Shown here in pieces: positions 10,488-22,161 of a stretch of DNA of 64,000 nt. The number at the start of each line of letters is the position of its first letter. Position 1 is the stretch's first letter. The position numbers and the translations under genes were made by a program. Source of the stretch: an uncultured Acidimicrobiales bacterium (GTDB lineage: Bacteria > Actinomycetota > Acidimicrobiia > Acidimicrobiales > UBA10347); NCBI GenBank assembly GCA_943788915.1, contig CALSSD010000003.1:136663-200662 (forward strand). Reading direction: 5' to 3'. The notes under the pieces are model-generated. The model saw only the letters and a program-made list of their open reading frames with translations. It was not told the DNA's origin and ran no database searches.

Positions 10488-11333
10488 TCAGAGGTGGGTG
10501 TTGAGGAGCTCTTGGCAGCGGGGGCCGTAGAGGCGGGCGTTGATGGCATCGGTTGAGGAGAAGCCGGGTTTGGTGTCGTAACTCATCACCGCGATCATGC
10601 GGTTCGTGGAACCGTGCACGGCTCGCACACGGTGCATCGACCGCAGGCCGTTGAACATCACCAGATCACCTGGCTCCAGGTCCAACATGTGAGTAGCCGG
10701 CCAAGTGCCCGCAAAGAGTTGTTCGACGTCGTCGTAACGTTCGTCCCAGACTCTGCCGTCACGGCCGCCGACCATGCCAGGGATGACTTCACCACGGATG
10801 AATGGTGCGAACTCGAATTGGCCGCCGACCTCGGATTTCTGCAGCAGCAAGGTGATAACGAAGTCAGAGAGGTCGTAGTGCCATGCGTGCAGACCGCCAT
10901 CCTTGATCTGGACCACGTTCAGATCCTGAAACTGATCGTCGAAGCGGTGGAGCTCTGGCACATCGAGAGCGTCAGCCAGGAATGTATTCAACCCATCGGT
11001 CTCATAGAACATCCGCAAGCCGGTGCCAACGAGTTGATCCCCCGCGAGCACGTGGGTGTCCTCGGGGAATCGACGCCGATGGATGTGATCAGCGGGTAGA
11101 TCAGCAGCAGGCGGATCACCCCAAGCACTCAGCACATGGCAGCGGTTGAATGTCTCAATGGCGCCTAGTTGGTTGGCCATGCCCCCGGCGATCTCTGCCG
11201 GAATGAACCCAGGCAGGACCGCACAGCCGATAGTGGCCATGTCATGACGACAGGCCCGCACCAGCTGGTCATATCTGTGGGTACCGGGATGATCGATCGG
11301 ATACCGATCGACATCGATTAGTTCGTGCGCCAT
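10488..11333 (-). CDS. BesD/HalD/ArpA-like Fe(II)/2-oxoglutarate oxygenase (HxD type)
   Basis: IDVDRYPI N-terminus, HAWHYD, ITLLLQ..GGQFEF, LEPGDL..G..SMHRV. Confidence 0.8.
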   Translation of the reverse strand: MAHELIDVDRYPIDHPGTHRYDQLVRACRHDMATIGCAVLPGFIPAEIAGGMANQLGAIETFNRCHVLSAWGDPPAADLPADHIHRRRFPEDTHVLAGDQLVGTGLRMFYETDGLNTFLADALDVPELHRFDDQFQDLNVVQIKDGGLHAWHYDLSDFVITLLLQKSEVGGQFEFAPFIRGEVIPGMVGGRDGRVWDERYDDVEQLFAGTWPATHMLDLEPGDLVMFNGLRSMHRVRAVHGSTNRMIAVMSYDTKPGFSSTDAINARLYGPRCQELLNTHL

Positions 11334-11359
11334 CTCGCTGTCGAATCGACCTTGCGTCG

Positions 11360-12319
11360 TTAGCCGAAGATTGCGTCGATGCGATGCATCACGTCGGGCG
11401 TCATGCTCGGTATGAGGGCAGCAGCTTCCATATTGTGATGCACCTGCTCCACACGACTGGCACCGGTGATTACTGAGGAGACGTGGGGATTCGCTGCGCA
11501 CCACGCAATGGAAAGCTGCGCAAGCGAGGCACCGAGTTCGTCGGCGATCGCGCCGAGTTCACGTACCTTGCCCAATGCTTGTTCGTCGGTCAGACGATCC
11601 TGCAGCCAGCTGTAGCTCGGCAGCGAACCGCGACTTCCCTCGGGGATGCCGTCGCTGTACTTGCCGGTCAGCAGACCAGAGGCCAGCGGGCTCCACGTGG
11701 TGAGCCCCATGCCGTGCGTGTCGTAGATATCGGCGTAGTCGGTCTCGACCTTGTGACGTTCGAACAGGTTGTACTGCGGCTGCTCCATGACCGGCGCACG
11801 CAGGTTCAACCGCGCCGCTACCTCGCACGCCTCCTTGTACTCGGCACCGGTCCACTCGGACGTGCCCCAGTAATGGGCCTTGCCCTGGGCGATGATGTCG
11901 CTCATCGCCCACACGACCTCTTCCATAGGCGTTTCTGGGTCGGAGCGATGGCAGAACAGCAAGTCGACATGGTCGAGGCCAAGACGTTCCAGTGAGCCGT
12001 CGATGCCTTCCATGAGGTACTTGCGATTGAGCGTGTTCTTGGTGTTCGGACCATCGGTGATGCCCCAGAACAACTTGGTTGAAATTGTGTACGTCTTGCG
12101 GTCCAACCCCATCCGGCGGAGCACCTCGCCCATGATGGTCTCGGACTGACCGCCGGCATAAGCCTCGGCATTGTCGAAGAACGTCACGCCAGCGTCCCAC
12201 GCGGCTTGCATACTTTCGGTCGCCTTTGCGATATCGAGCTGATCACCAAAGGTGACCCAACTGCCAAACGACAACACGCTCACCTTGATACCGGACTTGC
12301 CCAGACGTCTATGTTCCAT
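11360..12319 (-). CDS. Aldo/keto reductase (Kv-beta-like)
   Basis: [49 protein letters not shown]. Confidence 0.95.
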   Translation of the reverse strand: MEHRRLGKSGIKVSVLSFGSWVTFGDQLDIAKATESMQAAWDAGVTFFDNAEAYAGGQSETIMGEVLRRMGLDRKTYTISTKLFWGITDGPNTKNTLNRKYLMEGIDGSLERLGLDHVDLLFCHRSDPETPMEEVVWAMSDIIAQGKAHYWGTSEWTGAEYKEACEVAARLNLRAPVMEQPQYNLFERHKVETDYADIYDTHGMGLTTWSPLASGLLTGKYSDGIPEGSRGSLPSYSWLQDRLTDEQALGKVRELGAIADELGASLAQLSIAWCAANPHVSSVITGASRVEQVHHNMEAAALIPSMTPDVMHRIDAIFG

Positions 12320-12449
12320 GCCGCTAGTACACCCGCTGAATCGGGTATTTACACCCCGTTGCCCACGGTGCAGACAATGTTTAGGATCAGGCACTGTCAA
12401 TTTCCTACGCGCTCACATCAACCGAGCGTGCTGGCACACTTGTGTGGTC

Positions 12450-13553
12450 ATGGGTCTAAGCCGTTTTCTCCTTATCGTTGCCGCGTGTTGTGCGCTGGCT
12501 CCGCTGGCGGCGACCCGGTTCCGTCCGCCAGTCACGATCCGTGAGATCGAGAAGTCGTTCGTTGTCGGCGTGATTACTCTTGCAATCGGGGCGCTGGCCG
12601 CTAGCCAGACCTACGACTTCGGCGTGTTCGCGTATACCCATCTGCTGTACCTGCTCGCTGTCGTAACCGTGCCGGCGCTCCTAGGCGGTTGGTATGTCAC
12701 CGCCTTCATCCGTAGACGACGGACACGACTGGTGAACCTTGGCGGGGCGCTCGCCATCATTATTGCCCTGCTGGGAGTCTGGGGCACCCACATAGAACCG
12801 AATTGGCTTGCCACCGAAATCGTTGCTGTGACAGCGCCAGTGGACCAACCCCTTCGTATCGGGGTGCTGGCAGACATGCAGACGCCGAACATCGGTCGCC
12901 ACGAGCAGAATGCCGTTGACACGTTGATTGCCGAAGAGCCGGACCTCGTGCTCGTGCCAGGCGACTTCTTCCAGGGAAGTGTCGATGCGATCGCAGCCGA
13001 GACACCGGCGTTCATTGAACTGCTCACCTTGTTGACAGCGAACGTGAACGTCGTGGCGGTGGTTTCGGGCGATAGCGACCGACCAGACGAGCTCAAAAAG
13101 ATCGTGGAGGCCGCAGGTGCCCTCTACCTCGACAATCAGATCACCGACCTGACAGTGGAAGGACAACCCATCCGGCTAGCGGGAGTCAGCGTCTTTGCTG
13201 CCACCAGCCGACTGGACACGATCGCATCGCTCGTCGAACCGAGCGACGCGTTCACGATCTTGTTGTCGCACCGACCTGGTGTGGTCTATGACCTGCCTGT
13301 TGGTAGCGACGTCGACCTGATCGTGGCCGGCCATACCCACGGTGGCCAGATCTCGTTACCGTTCTTTGGTCCGCCAGTCACCTTCTCAAAGGTTCCCCGG
13401 ACGCTCGCCGCCGGGGGCCTTGGACTCGTCGACAACTATCCGGTGTATGTCTCTACCGGTGTAGGTCTTGAACGTCTCCAGGCTCCACAGGTCCGATTGG
13501 GTGTACGACCTAGCATCGGCATTATCGATGTCTTCCCCGCCTCTGTGGGCTGA
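12450..13553 (+). CDS. Membrane-anchored calcineurin-like metallophosphoesterase (YkuE/YaeI-like)
   Basis: N-terminal TM helices, IEPNWL, PDLV..PGD, LLSHRP, AGHTHGGQI, YVSTGVG. Confidence 0.85.
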   Translation: MGLSRFLLIVAACCALAPLAATRFRPPVTIREIEKSFVVGVITLAIGALAASQTYDFGVFAYTHLLYLLAVVTVPALLGGWYVTAFIRRRRTRLVNLGGALAIIIALLGVWGTHIEPNWLATEIVAVTAPVDQPLRIGVLADMQTPNIGRHEQNAVDTLIAEEPDLVLVPGDFFQGSVDAIAAETPAFIELLTLLTANVNVVAVVSGDSDRPDELKKIVEAAGALYLDNQITDLTVEGQPIRLAGVSVFAATSRLDTIASLVEPSDAFTILLSHRPGVVYDLPVGSDVDLIVAGHTHGGQISLPFFGPPVTFSKVPRTLAAGGLGLVDNYPVYVSTGVGLERLQAPQVRLGVRPSIGIIDVFPASVG

Positions 13554-13752
13554 CTCACCTGCCCCGCACCAAGACCCCGGGAACGCGGTCGAAAACGGGA
13601 AAGACCCAGCGTGGGTAACGCCGGGCCTGTCCATTTTGATCTTCTGGTGTGCGCCCCCAGTCGGAGCGACAGAGGAACGGGATGCGGACGAGGAACGAGT
13701 CGCTGCAGCAAAGCAGCCTTGTGCGACAAACGTCGGCCCAAACGGAGTGGTT

Positions 13753-14154
13753 TTACGCCGAAGCCTTCTTGGAAACATCGAGGCGGACCTGGGCACGACG
13801 CAGCGCATTGGCAGCGTCGGCATCGTCCTTATCAGCAGCGAGTGCTTCTTCGGCACGACGTTGCGCGAGCTCTGCCCGAGCAGGATCAATGTCGGCCGCA
13901 GCTTCGGCGACATCGCTCAGGATTGTGCAATGGTCGTTGGCGATTTCGACAAAACCACGATGCACCGCAAATGAGTGCAACGTCGAACCGTCGATGTCAT
14001 AGATGCGAGCCTCAGCGACCTGCAATACGCCTACAAACGGGACGTGGCCAGGCATGAACCCGATCTCGCCGTCGCTTGTACGCACGATGATCTCTTTGGC
14101 CTCGGCCGTAAAGATGATGCGTTCAGGCGAGACAAACTCGACGTGGATCGACAC
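13753..14154 (-). CDS. atpC: ATP synthase epsilon subunit
   Basis: VEFVSPER, GEIGFMPGHVP, GFVEI; last gene of atp operon. Confidence 0.97.
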   Translation of the reverse strand: MSIHVEFVSPERIIFTAEAKEIIVRTSDGEIGFMPGHVPFVGVLQVAEARIYDIDGSTLHSFAVHRGFVEIANDHCTILSDVAEAAADIDPARAELAQRRAEEALAADKDDADAANALRRAQVRLDVSKKASA

Positions 14155-14166
14155 AGCAGGCTCCTA

Positions 14167-15642
<1,476 letters not shown>

Positions 15643-15668
15643 CTAAGGTTGCTCGGACCTATGCTCGA

Positions 15669-16607
15669 TTAGTTCTGCTGGAGAAGTTGTGCGACCTTGT
15701 CGATCTTGTCGTCATCGCCGCCGCCGAGTGCTTCGGCGCCGCCTACGATTTCCATGATCTCGGTCGTGATGGATGCTTGGCGAGCGCTACTGAGCTGTCG
15801 GCCAAGTTTGGTGATGAGTTCTTCGGCATTGTCGGTGGCGGCCTTCATGGCCCGCTGCCGGTTCGCGTGTTCAGAAGCCGATGAGTCAAGTAGTGCCGAG
15901 AACAAACGGCTCTCGACGTATCGAGGTAACAGCGACTCGAGTACACCGTCGGCTGACGGCTCAAACTCGAACTCCGCAGTCAATTCGCCGCCACCGCCGA
16001 CTTCGGCAATGGTTTCGACTGACTCAAGCGGCAGGAACTGGCGCACAGCCAGCTTCTGCGTACCAATGCTGACAAACTCGGTGAAGATCAAGATGACCTG
16101 ATCTATGTCCCCGTCGATGAACTGCTCGCTGATGTACTCGGCAACTTCGCGCGCTGAGTCATAGTGAGGCGTGTCAGTGATTCCTTCGTAGAAGGCATCC
16201 ACGGTGTAATTGCGGAACGCGAAGTAGTCACGTGCCTTCTTGCCGATCAAGATCAGCGAGTAGTCGATGCCCTCGGCGGTGCGGGCCATCAGCTCGCGCT
16301 CGGCGGCACGGATCACCGTGGAGTTATATGGGCCGGCCAGGCCTCGGTCACCAGCGATGACCACATAGGCGACCTTGCCGATTGTTTCAGGAGCCTCGAG
16401 TAGCGGGTGGGTTGCGCTAGCGCCGCCCTTTGCTAAGTCCTCGATAACGCTGGTAATGCGCGCTGCGTATGGACGTGCCTCGTTGGCTCGAGTTTGTGCT
16501 TTCGCGACTCGGGTTGCCGCGATGAGTTCCATGGCACGAGTGATCTTCTTCGTGCTTTGGATACTTGAGATACGGCGCTTGAGGATGCGTTCCGCTGCTC
16601 CTGGAAT
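15669..16607 (-). CDS. atpG: ATP synthase gamma subunit (probable ATT start)
   Basis: KRRISSIQSTKKITRAMEL lies upstream of the first ATG; DRGLAG, AMKAATDNA, RQASITTEI. Confidence 0.95.
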   Translation of the reverse strand: MPGAAERILKRRISSIQSTKKITRAMELIAATRVAKAQTRANEARPYAARITSVIEDLAKGGASATHPLLEAPETIGKVAYVVIAGDRGLAGPYNSTVIRAAERELMARTAEGIDYSLILIGKKARDYFAFRNYTVDAFYEGITDTPHYDSAREVAEYISEQFIDGDIDQVILIFTEFVSIGTQKLAVRQFLPLESVETIAEVGGGGELTAEFEFEPSADGVLESLLPRYVESRLFSALLDSSASEHANRQRAMKAATDNAEELITKLGRQLSSARQASITTEIMEIVGGAEALGGGDDDKIDKVAQLLQQN

Positions 16608-16610
16608 GGC

Positions 16611-18236
16611 TCAGCCCTCCTGAGGACGAGCGATGTCGGTCTCGGGAAGAGTGACATCGCTGTCGACCATGCCGGTCGCTGCTGCTGCTTGGGCTTCGGC
16701 CTCGGGGGTATCGCCACCGACTGGTGCGCTTGATTCGAACTGGGCGGCGAAGCCGGCCACGATCGTTTCGAGCTCGCTGGTGTCGACGTTGCCGGTCGAC
16801 TTGATGCCGTCGTACATAGCTGCGTGGCGGGTGCCGACATAGTCGAGAAGTTCATTCTCGAAGCGACTCACGTCGGTGACCGGGATGGCGTCGAGGTGGC
16901 CGTTGGTTCCGGCGTACAGCGAGACAACCTGGCGCTCAACAGGCATAGGCGAGTTCACGCCCTGCTTGAGGAGTTCGGTCAGTCGGTAACCACGATCGAG
17001 CTGTGCTTGTGACACGGCATCGAGGTCAGAACCGAACGAAGCGAATGCTTCGAGCTCGCGGAACTGCTGGAGATCAGACTTGAGTGTGCCTACGGCAGTC
17101 TTCATCGCCTTGATCTGTGCGGCAGAACCCACACGAGACACCGATACACCCACGTCTACCGCAGGGCGAAGGCCCGACTTGAACATGTCATCCTGCAAGA
17201 AGATCTGACCATCGGTGATCGAAATCACGTTGGTCGGAATAAACGCTGACACGTCGCCGGCCTTGGTCTCGATGACCGGAAGTGCGGTAAGTGAACCGGC
17301 GCCGAGTTCATCGCTGAGCTTGGCGGCACGTTCGAGCAGACGGCTATGCAAGTAGAAGACGTCGCCGGGGTATGCCTCGCGGCCCGGCGGGCGTCGCAGC
17401 AACAGTGACATCTGGCGATATGCCTCGGCCTGCTTGGAAAGATCGTCGTACACGACGAGAGCGTGATCGCCATCTTCCATCCACTGCTGACCGATAGCAG
17501 AACCCGCATAGGGAGCCAGGTACTTAAACGGAGCAGGGTCAGATGCCGGAGCGACCACAACCACGGTGTATTCCATGGCGCCGATCTCTTCGAGCACTGC
17601 GACGTTCTGGGCAACCGTTGAGGCCTTCTGGCCAATGGCAACGTAGATGCACTTCACACCTAGGCCACGCTGGTTGATGATCGTGTCGAGCGCAATCGTG
17701 GTCTTACCAGTCTTGCGGTCACCAATGATCAGTTCTCGCTGGCCACGGCCGATCGGGATCAGGGAGTCGATGGCCTTGATGCCGGTCTGCATTGGCTCAT
17801 GCACAGGCTTACGGCCCATGATGCCAGGTGCCTGGACTTCCATCTGACGGGTGCGAGCGCCAACAAGTGGGCCCTTGCCGTCGATGGGAGTGCCGAGTGC
17901 ATTGACAACACGGCCGAGCAGTGCATCGCCCACCGGCATCGACAAGATGTTGCCGGTTGAGCGAACGGTCTGTCCTTCGGCAATCTCGTCGACCTCACCG
18001 AGCACAACGGCACCGATGGAGGACTCGTCGAGGTTGAGCGCAAGACCGATCATGCCGTTCTCGAACTCGAGCATCTCATTTACGGCTGCGTTTGGCAGAC
18101 CCGATACACGAGCGATGCCGTCGCCGACCTCGATGATGTGGCCAACCTGGCTGGCTTCGAGCGATGGCTCGAACCCTTCGAGATTCTTGGTGAGTGCCGC
18201 AGTAATGGCACTGGTGTCGATCGTGAGATCAGACAT
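16611..18236 (-). CDS. atpA: ATP synthase alpha subunit
   Basis: [36 protein letters not shown]. Confidence 0.99.
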   Translation of the reverse strand: MSDLTIDTSAITAALTKNLEGFEPSLEASQVGHIIEVGDGIARVSGLPNAAVNEMLEFENGMIGLALNLDESSIGAVVLGEVDEIAEGQTVRSTGNILSMPVGDALLGRVVNALGTPIDGKGPLVGARTRQMEVQAPGIMGRKPVHEPMQTGIKAIDSLIPIGRGQRELIIGDRKTGKTTIALDTIINQRGLGVKCIYVAIGQKASTVAQNVAVLEEIGAMEYTVVVVAPASDPAPFKYLAPYAGSAIGQQWMEDGDHALVVYDDLSKQAEAYRQMSLLLRRPPGREAYPGDVFYLHSRLLERAAKLSDELGAGSLTALPVIETKAGDVSAFIPTNVISITDGQIFLQDDMFKSGLRPAVDVGVSVSRVGSAAQIKAMKTAVGTLKSDLQQFRELEAFASFGSDLDAVSQAQLDRGYRLTELLKQGVNSPMPVERQVVSLYAGTNGHLDAIPVTDVSRFENELLDYVGTRHAAMYDGIKSTGNVDTSELETIVAGFAAQFESSAPVGGDTPEAEAQAAAATGMVDSDVTLPETDIARPQEG

Positions 18237-18251
18237 AGTTCTCCTCGGGGG

Positions 18252-18776
18252 CTAGAGCGACTCGCGCAGGCGGTTCAAACGCGTGCGCACGCTTCCATCG
18301 ATAACGGTGTCGCCAACAGTGGTGATCAAACCACCAACCACTGACGAATCCTGAATGACTTTGACATCGACCTCGATGCCGAGCTTGGCTGCAAGTGCAG
18401 TTGCCAAGCGGCTCGTTTGGTCGTCGGATAGTGCTACAGCCGAACGAACGGTTGCAACTTGCTTGCCGGCTGATGTTGCGGCGCGTTCGGCGACAGCGGC
18501 AGCAATCTTGCCGAGGTCAGCGCCACGACCAGCACCCACAACCATGGATACAAGGCCCTTGGTTGCTGCACGAGCCTTACCATCGAGCAAGTCGTCCATG
18601 ATCTGGATCTTGCGTTCGGCCGGCATACGTGCATCGCTGATAGCGGCACGAAGGTCGTCGTTGGTGTCGACGGCTCGGCCAACAACAAACAGCTCGTCGC
18701 TGATGCCTTTGACGTCGCCTTCGGCGTGGGCAATGGCGAGCACTGCATCGGCGTAGCCGTTGATTCTCTCGCTCAT
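18252..18776 (-). CDS. atpH: ATP synthase delta subunit
   Basis: GYADAVL, SAVAL, DSSVVGG...IDGSVRTRL. Confidence 0.95.
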   Translation of the reverse strand: MSERINGYADAVLAIAHAEGDVKGISDELFVVGRAVDTNDDLRAAISDARMPAERKIQIMDDLLDGKARAATKGLVSMVVGAGRGADLGKIAAAVAERAATSAGKQVATVRSAVALSDDQTSRLATALAAKLGIEVDVKVIQDSSVVGGLITTVGDTVIDGSVRTRLNRLRESL

Positions 18777-19312
18777 GATGATGCCCCCAAGCGGGCGATG
18801 TAATTGTCGACGAGTGTGCTTTGACCAGCATCGTCGAGACTTGCACGTACGACCTGTTCGGCTGCACCCATGGCCTGCGATGCGACTTCGGCCTGGATAT
18901 CAGCGCTGGCTTGTGTCTTCATCGACTCGACGTCGGCTTGCGCCTTGGCCCACATGTCGTTGACAAGCTGCTGCGTGCGGTTGGCTGAGTCGACTCGAAG
19001 CTGCTGAGCAGCTTCGTGCGAGTCGGCCATAATCTGGGCAAGCTGTGCGTCGGCATCACCAAGTTCTGCAGTGGCATCGGCGATCTTCGCACGTGACTCA
19101 GCAATCGCTGCCTCGGCAGCGGTTGCGTCGGCCACGGCTGCAGCCTGACCCTTATCCAATGCCTCTCTGATGAGGGGGACGCCCTTCTTGACGAAGAAGA
19201 AGAAGATCACGGCAAATGCTGCGATCGCCCAGTACATCTCTTTGGCATCGCTCGGAATGAACTTGCCATTCGGCCCTTCGGCAGCAATGACCTGAATTTG
19301 GGCTAGCAACAT
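18773..19312 (-). CDS. atpF: ATP synthase b subunit
   Basis: Single N-terminal TM plus Ala-rich coiled coil; operon position. Confidence 0.9.
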   Translation of the reverse strand: MLLAQIQVIAAEGPNGKFIPSDAKEMYWAIAAFAVIFFFFVKKGVPLIREALDKGQAAAVADATAAEAAIAESRAKIADATAELGDADAQLAQIMADSHEAAQQLRVDSANRTQQLVNDMWAKAQADVESMKTQASADIQAEVASQAMGAAEQVVRASLDDAGQSTLVDNYIARLGASS

Positions 19313-19845
19313 TAGTTCGCTCCGTTCAGGTAGGTGTCGATGAGACCCTGGTTCGTTGCGAGGTCAACATCGTGACCCAGCACCTTGCCAGCAGCGCCAA
19401 CGGCGAGCTGCGAAACTGCACCCTTCGCACCGGCTAGTGCCGTAGTGCGGGCGGAGTCAATTTCGGCCTGTGTGTTCGAACGAAGCTGGGCGATGGTGCC
19501 TTCGAGTTCGCCAACTTTGGCGGCTCGTTCAGCGTCAGCCTCGGCACGAGCGGCGTCGACGACTGCGGCGCCTTCGGCCTTAGCAGCAGCGATGCGCTGT
19601 TCGTGTGCAGCCTTAATCTGAGCAAGCTCGGACTCGGAATCGGAGACAGAATCCTGTCCGCTTCTCACACGCGCTTCGCGCTCGTTGCGACCTTCAATGA
19701 TCGGAGGCAACAGCACAAACTTCATGAGTGCCCAGAGGCCAAAGAAGAAAACGGCGGACCAGAGCAGCTCAGCTCCGTTTGGAAGGATCAGATTGATCCC
19801 ATCCCACTCTTCTTCTTTAGCGTCGGCAAATAACAGCAACTTCAT
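19312..19845 (-). CDS. atpF: ATP synthase b/b-prime subunit (second paralog)
   Basis: ELLWSAVFFF...LLPPI...ERE TM and coiled coil; between atpE and atpF. Confidence 0.88.
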   Translation of the reverse strand: MKLLLFADAKEEEWDGINLILPNGAELLWSAVFFFGLWALMKFVLLPPIIEGRNEREARVRSGQDSVSDSESELAQIKAAHEQRIAAAKAEGAAVVDAARAEADAERAAKVGELEGTIAQLRSNTQAEIDSARTTALAGAKGAVSQLAVGAAGKVLGHDVDLATNQGLIDTYLNGAN

Positions 19846-19887
19846 GCAACACCTCCTCGATTATTCGTATGGACCGTCATGGACGGA

Positions 19888-20193
<306 letters not shown>

Positions 20194-20224
20194 CTAGATA
20201 ATCCTGTGGTGTTCGCTGCGGAGC

Positions 20225-21049
20225 TCAGTGAGCGGGGTGCAGCGAGCTGCCGATATAAACGGCGGCCAGGATGGCGAATACGAAACCTTGGATGAAGCTC
20301 ACGCCGACTTCAAAGCCGGTGAAGGCAATGAGTCCGACAAGTGAGCCAACCCAGGCGAATGGTTGGACGATGAAGCCGCTAAGGCCGTCGAACAGCTTGG
20401 CGAAGGTGCCAATGGTCAACACGCCGAAGGTCACGAGCAAAATGTGACCGGCGAGCATGTTGGCGAACAAACGAACGGCGTGGCTCATGGGTCGAGCAAT
20501 GAACACCGAGAACAATTCGATGAAGCCGACGAAGCCTCGCATGAAGGGGTTCTCCACGCTTGATGGCCACAGGATGTCCTTGAAGTAGCTGAAACCATGG
20601 TGCTTTACGCCCACAGCAATGAACATCACCCAGACGGTGAGCGCCATGAGCAGCGGTCCGGCCATACGAGCGTTGGCTGGCATGTTGAAGAACGGGATGA
20701 CTTCGAACAGGTTGCCGATGGCAATGAACAAGAACAGTGTGGTCAGAAGCGGCACGTACGGCTCATAGCCGTGACCGATACCGGGCTTAGCGACCTGTTC
20801 TTCGATGAATTTAACGATGCCCTCGGCCAATACCCGGAGCTTTGAGGGGTGATCGGCAGAACCGCCACGAGCCATGATGAAGATGACGGTGGGGACCAAG
20901 AATGCGATCAACGAGATCAGGGCAATCTTGTTGAACTCAAATGCGGTGCCGTCACCAAAGAACGGCGCCCACTCAACCAGGTTTCGTGGAGGAGGGAAAG
21001 GAACGGCTGAGCCGCCTTCTGCTTCGGTGAATGCAACGAGCGCGTTCAT
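20225..21049 (-). CDS. atpB: ATP synthase a subunit
   Basis: RPMSHAVRLFANMLAGH, IQGFVFAIL; start ATG 21049 or GTG 21052, coupled to atpI stop. Confidence 0.97.
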   Translation of the reverse strand: MNALVAFTEAEGGSAVPFPPPRNLVEWAPFFGDGTAFEFNKIALISLIAFLVPTVIFIMARGGSADHPSKLRVLAEGIVKFIEEQVAKPGIGHGYEPYVPLLTTLFLFIAIGNLFEVIPFFNMPANARMAGPLLMALTVWVMFIAVGVKHHGFSYFKDILWPSSVENPFMRGFVGFIELFSVFIARPMSHAVRLFANMLAGHILLVTFGVLTIGTFAKLFDGLSGFIVQPFAWVGSLVGLIAFTGFEVGVSFIQGFVFAILAAVYIGSSLHPAH

Positions 21050-21549
21050 CACGATGACACGGACTCCTTCGTAGAGTTGTCGGCCAGACCAGCACCCGGT
21101 TTGAGACCGGGGTAGGCAAGACTTCCAGAGATGTATTGGAGCTCCCAAAAGAGCAGCCCCAGGTGAGTGATAATGATGGTCACGCCCAGCGCAACCAAAT
21201 CGACCCAGCCTGCGTTGCGCACCAGCAGCACTGCTGTGGTGATGACGCCGAGCCGAATCAGGAAACCAAACATTGCGCCACCGGCGAGGGCGGCGAACGA
21301 AATACGAGCTGTTACCTGGATGATCCAAGCCGACAGGAAGAAGTTAAACAGGATCATGCCCAGGCCAAAGGCCACCGACCAAGCACCGGCGGAACCGGCG
21401 AACAGGTAGCCGATCAAGATGCCGACAGGAGCTATGACGACGCCACGCTTCATGATGTCGAGGACCACCTGCATAACCGGCGATTCGCCTTCGAACCGGC
21501 TCAGCAGCGGGTTCGCTTCGTTGACGTCGACGCCGAAGGTGTTACTCAT
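21049..21549 (-). CDS. atpI: ATP synthase protein I
   Basis: Four hydrophobic helices, directly upstream of atpB. Confidence 0.8.
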   Translation of the reverse strand: MSNTFGVDVNEANPLLSRFEGESPVMQVVLDIMKRGVVIAPVGILIGYLFAGSAGAWSVAFGLGMILFNFFLSAWIIQVTARISFAALAGGAMFGFLIRLGVITTAVLLVRNAGWVDLVALGVTIIITHLGLLFWELQYISGSLAYPGLKPGAGLADNSTKESVSS

Positions 21550-21833
21550 GCTGTCGCCCCGCTGCTGTTCTTCGAACTGCTGCGAGCGGTGCGGTCGGCG
21601 TTTTCAGTGGCCATCTTCTCTTGATACTTGAGGTAGATGCTGTAGCCAGCTCCAACGAAGCCGGCAATGGCGAAGATAAGCGTGAAGACCGGCACGATGC
21701 CGATCACGCTGTCGATCCAAAAGCCCAATCCAGCAGCTGCGATAGCAGCAATGACGAGTTCATAGGACCCAGTGCTGTGACGCATAGCGTCAGACAGCTC
21801 TGATCCGATCTCGCGCTCGGGCGGGTTGGACAC
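21546..21833 (-). CDS. AtpZ/AtpI family small membrane protein
   Basis: GLGFWIDSVIGIVPVFTLIF two-TM signature; first gene of atp operon. Confidence 0.8.
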   Translation of the reverse strand: MSNPPEREIGSELSDAMRHSTGSYELVIAAIAAAGLGFWIDSVIGIVPVFTLIFAIAGFVGAGYSIYLKYQEKMATENADRTARSSSKNSSGATA

Positions 21834-21923
21834 GGAAACCTCGTCGTGCAGGAAGCGGCTTACAAAGTCTCAACGAGTACGCGTAGCCGGGGCACGAAGA
21901 CCCCCACTCACCCGCTTCGACAT

Positions 21924-21941
21924 TTGTGAATCTATCCACAA
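21924..21941. promoter_or_regulatory. Putative Rex operator upstream of the atp operon
   Basis: TTGTGAA-tcta-TCCACAA, one mismatch from TTGTGAA-N4-TTCACAA. Confidence 0.65.
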
Positions 21942-22161
21942 AGTCTCACCCGACGCCACATTTCAGGCAAATTAACGCATCATTTCTTCGCATCATTACT
22001 TCAAGTACCGCATTCGAGGCCGATATGCGGCGGGCGCCGTCTCCCTCGCGGGCGCCTTTTCGTGGCGCCTCGCGCTGTGGTGATCCGACCTCACCGCATC
22101 CGCTGGTCCCGTCTGCAGCGCTGGCAGCTCACTCCGCAAGCACGTGCCGCACCGCTGCTGT

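Noticed and set aside
21932..21940. DnaA box / replication origin
   Set aside because: Single mismatched box (CTATCCACA), no cluster; better explained as half of the Rex-like palindrome
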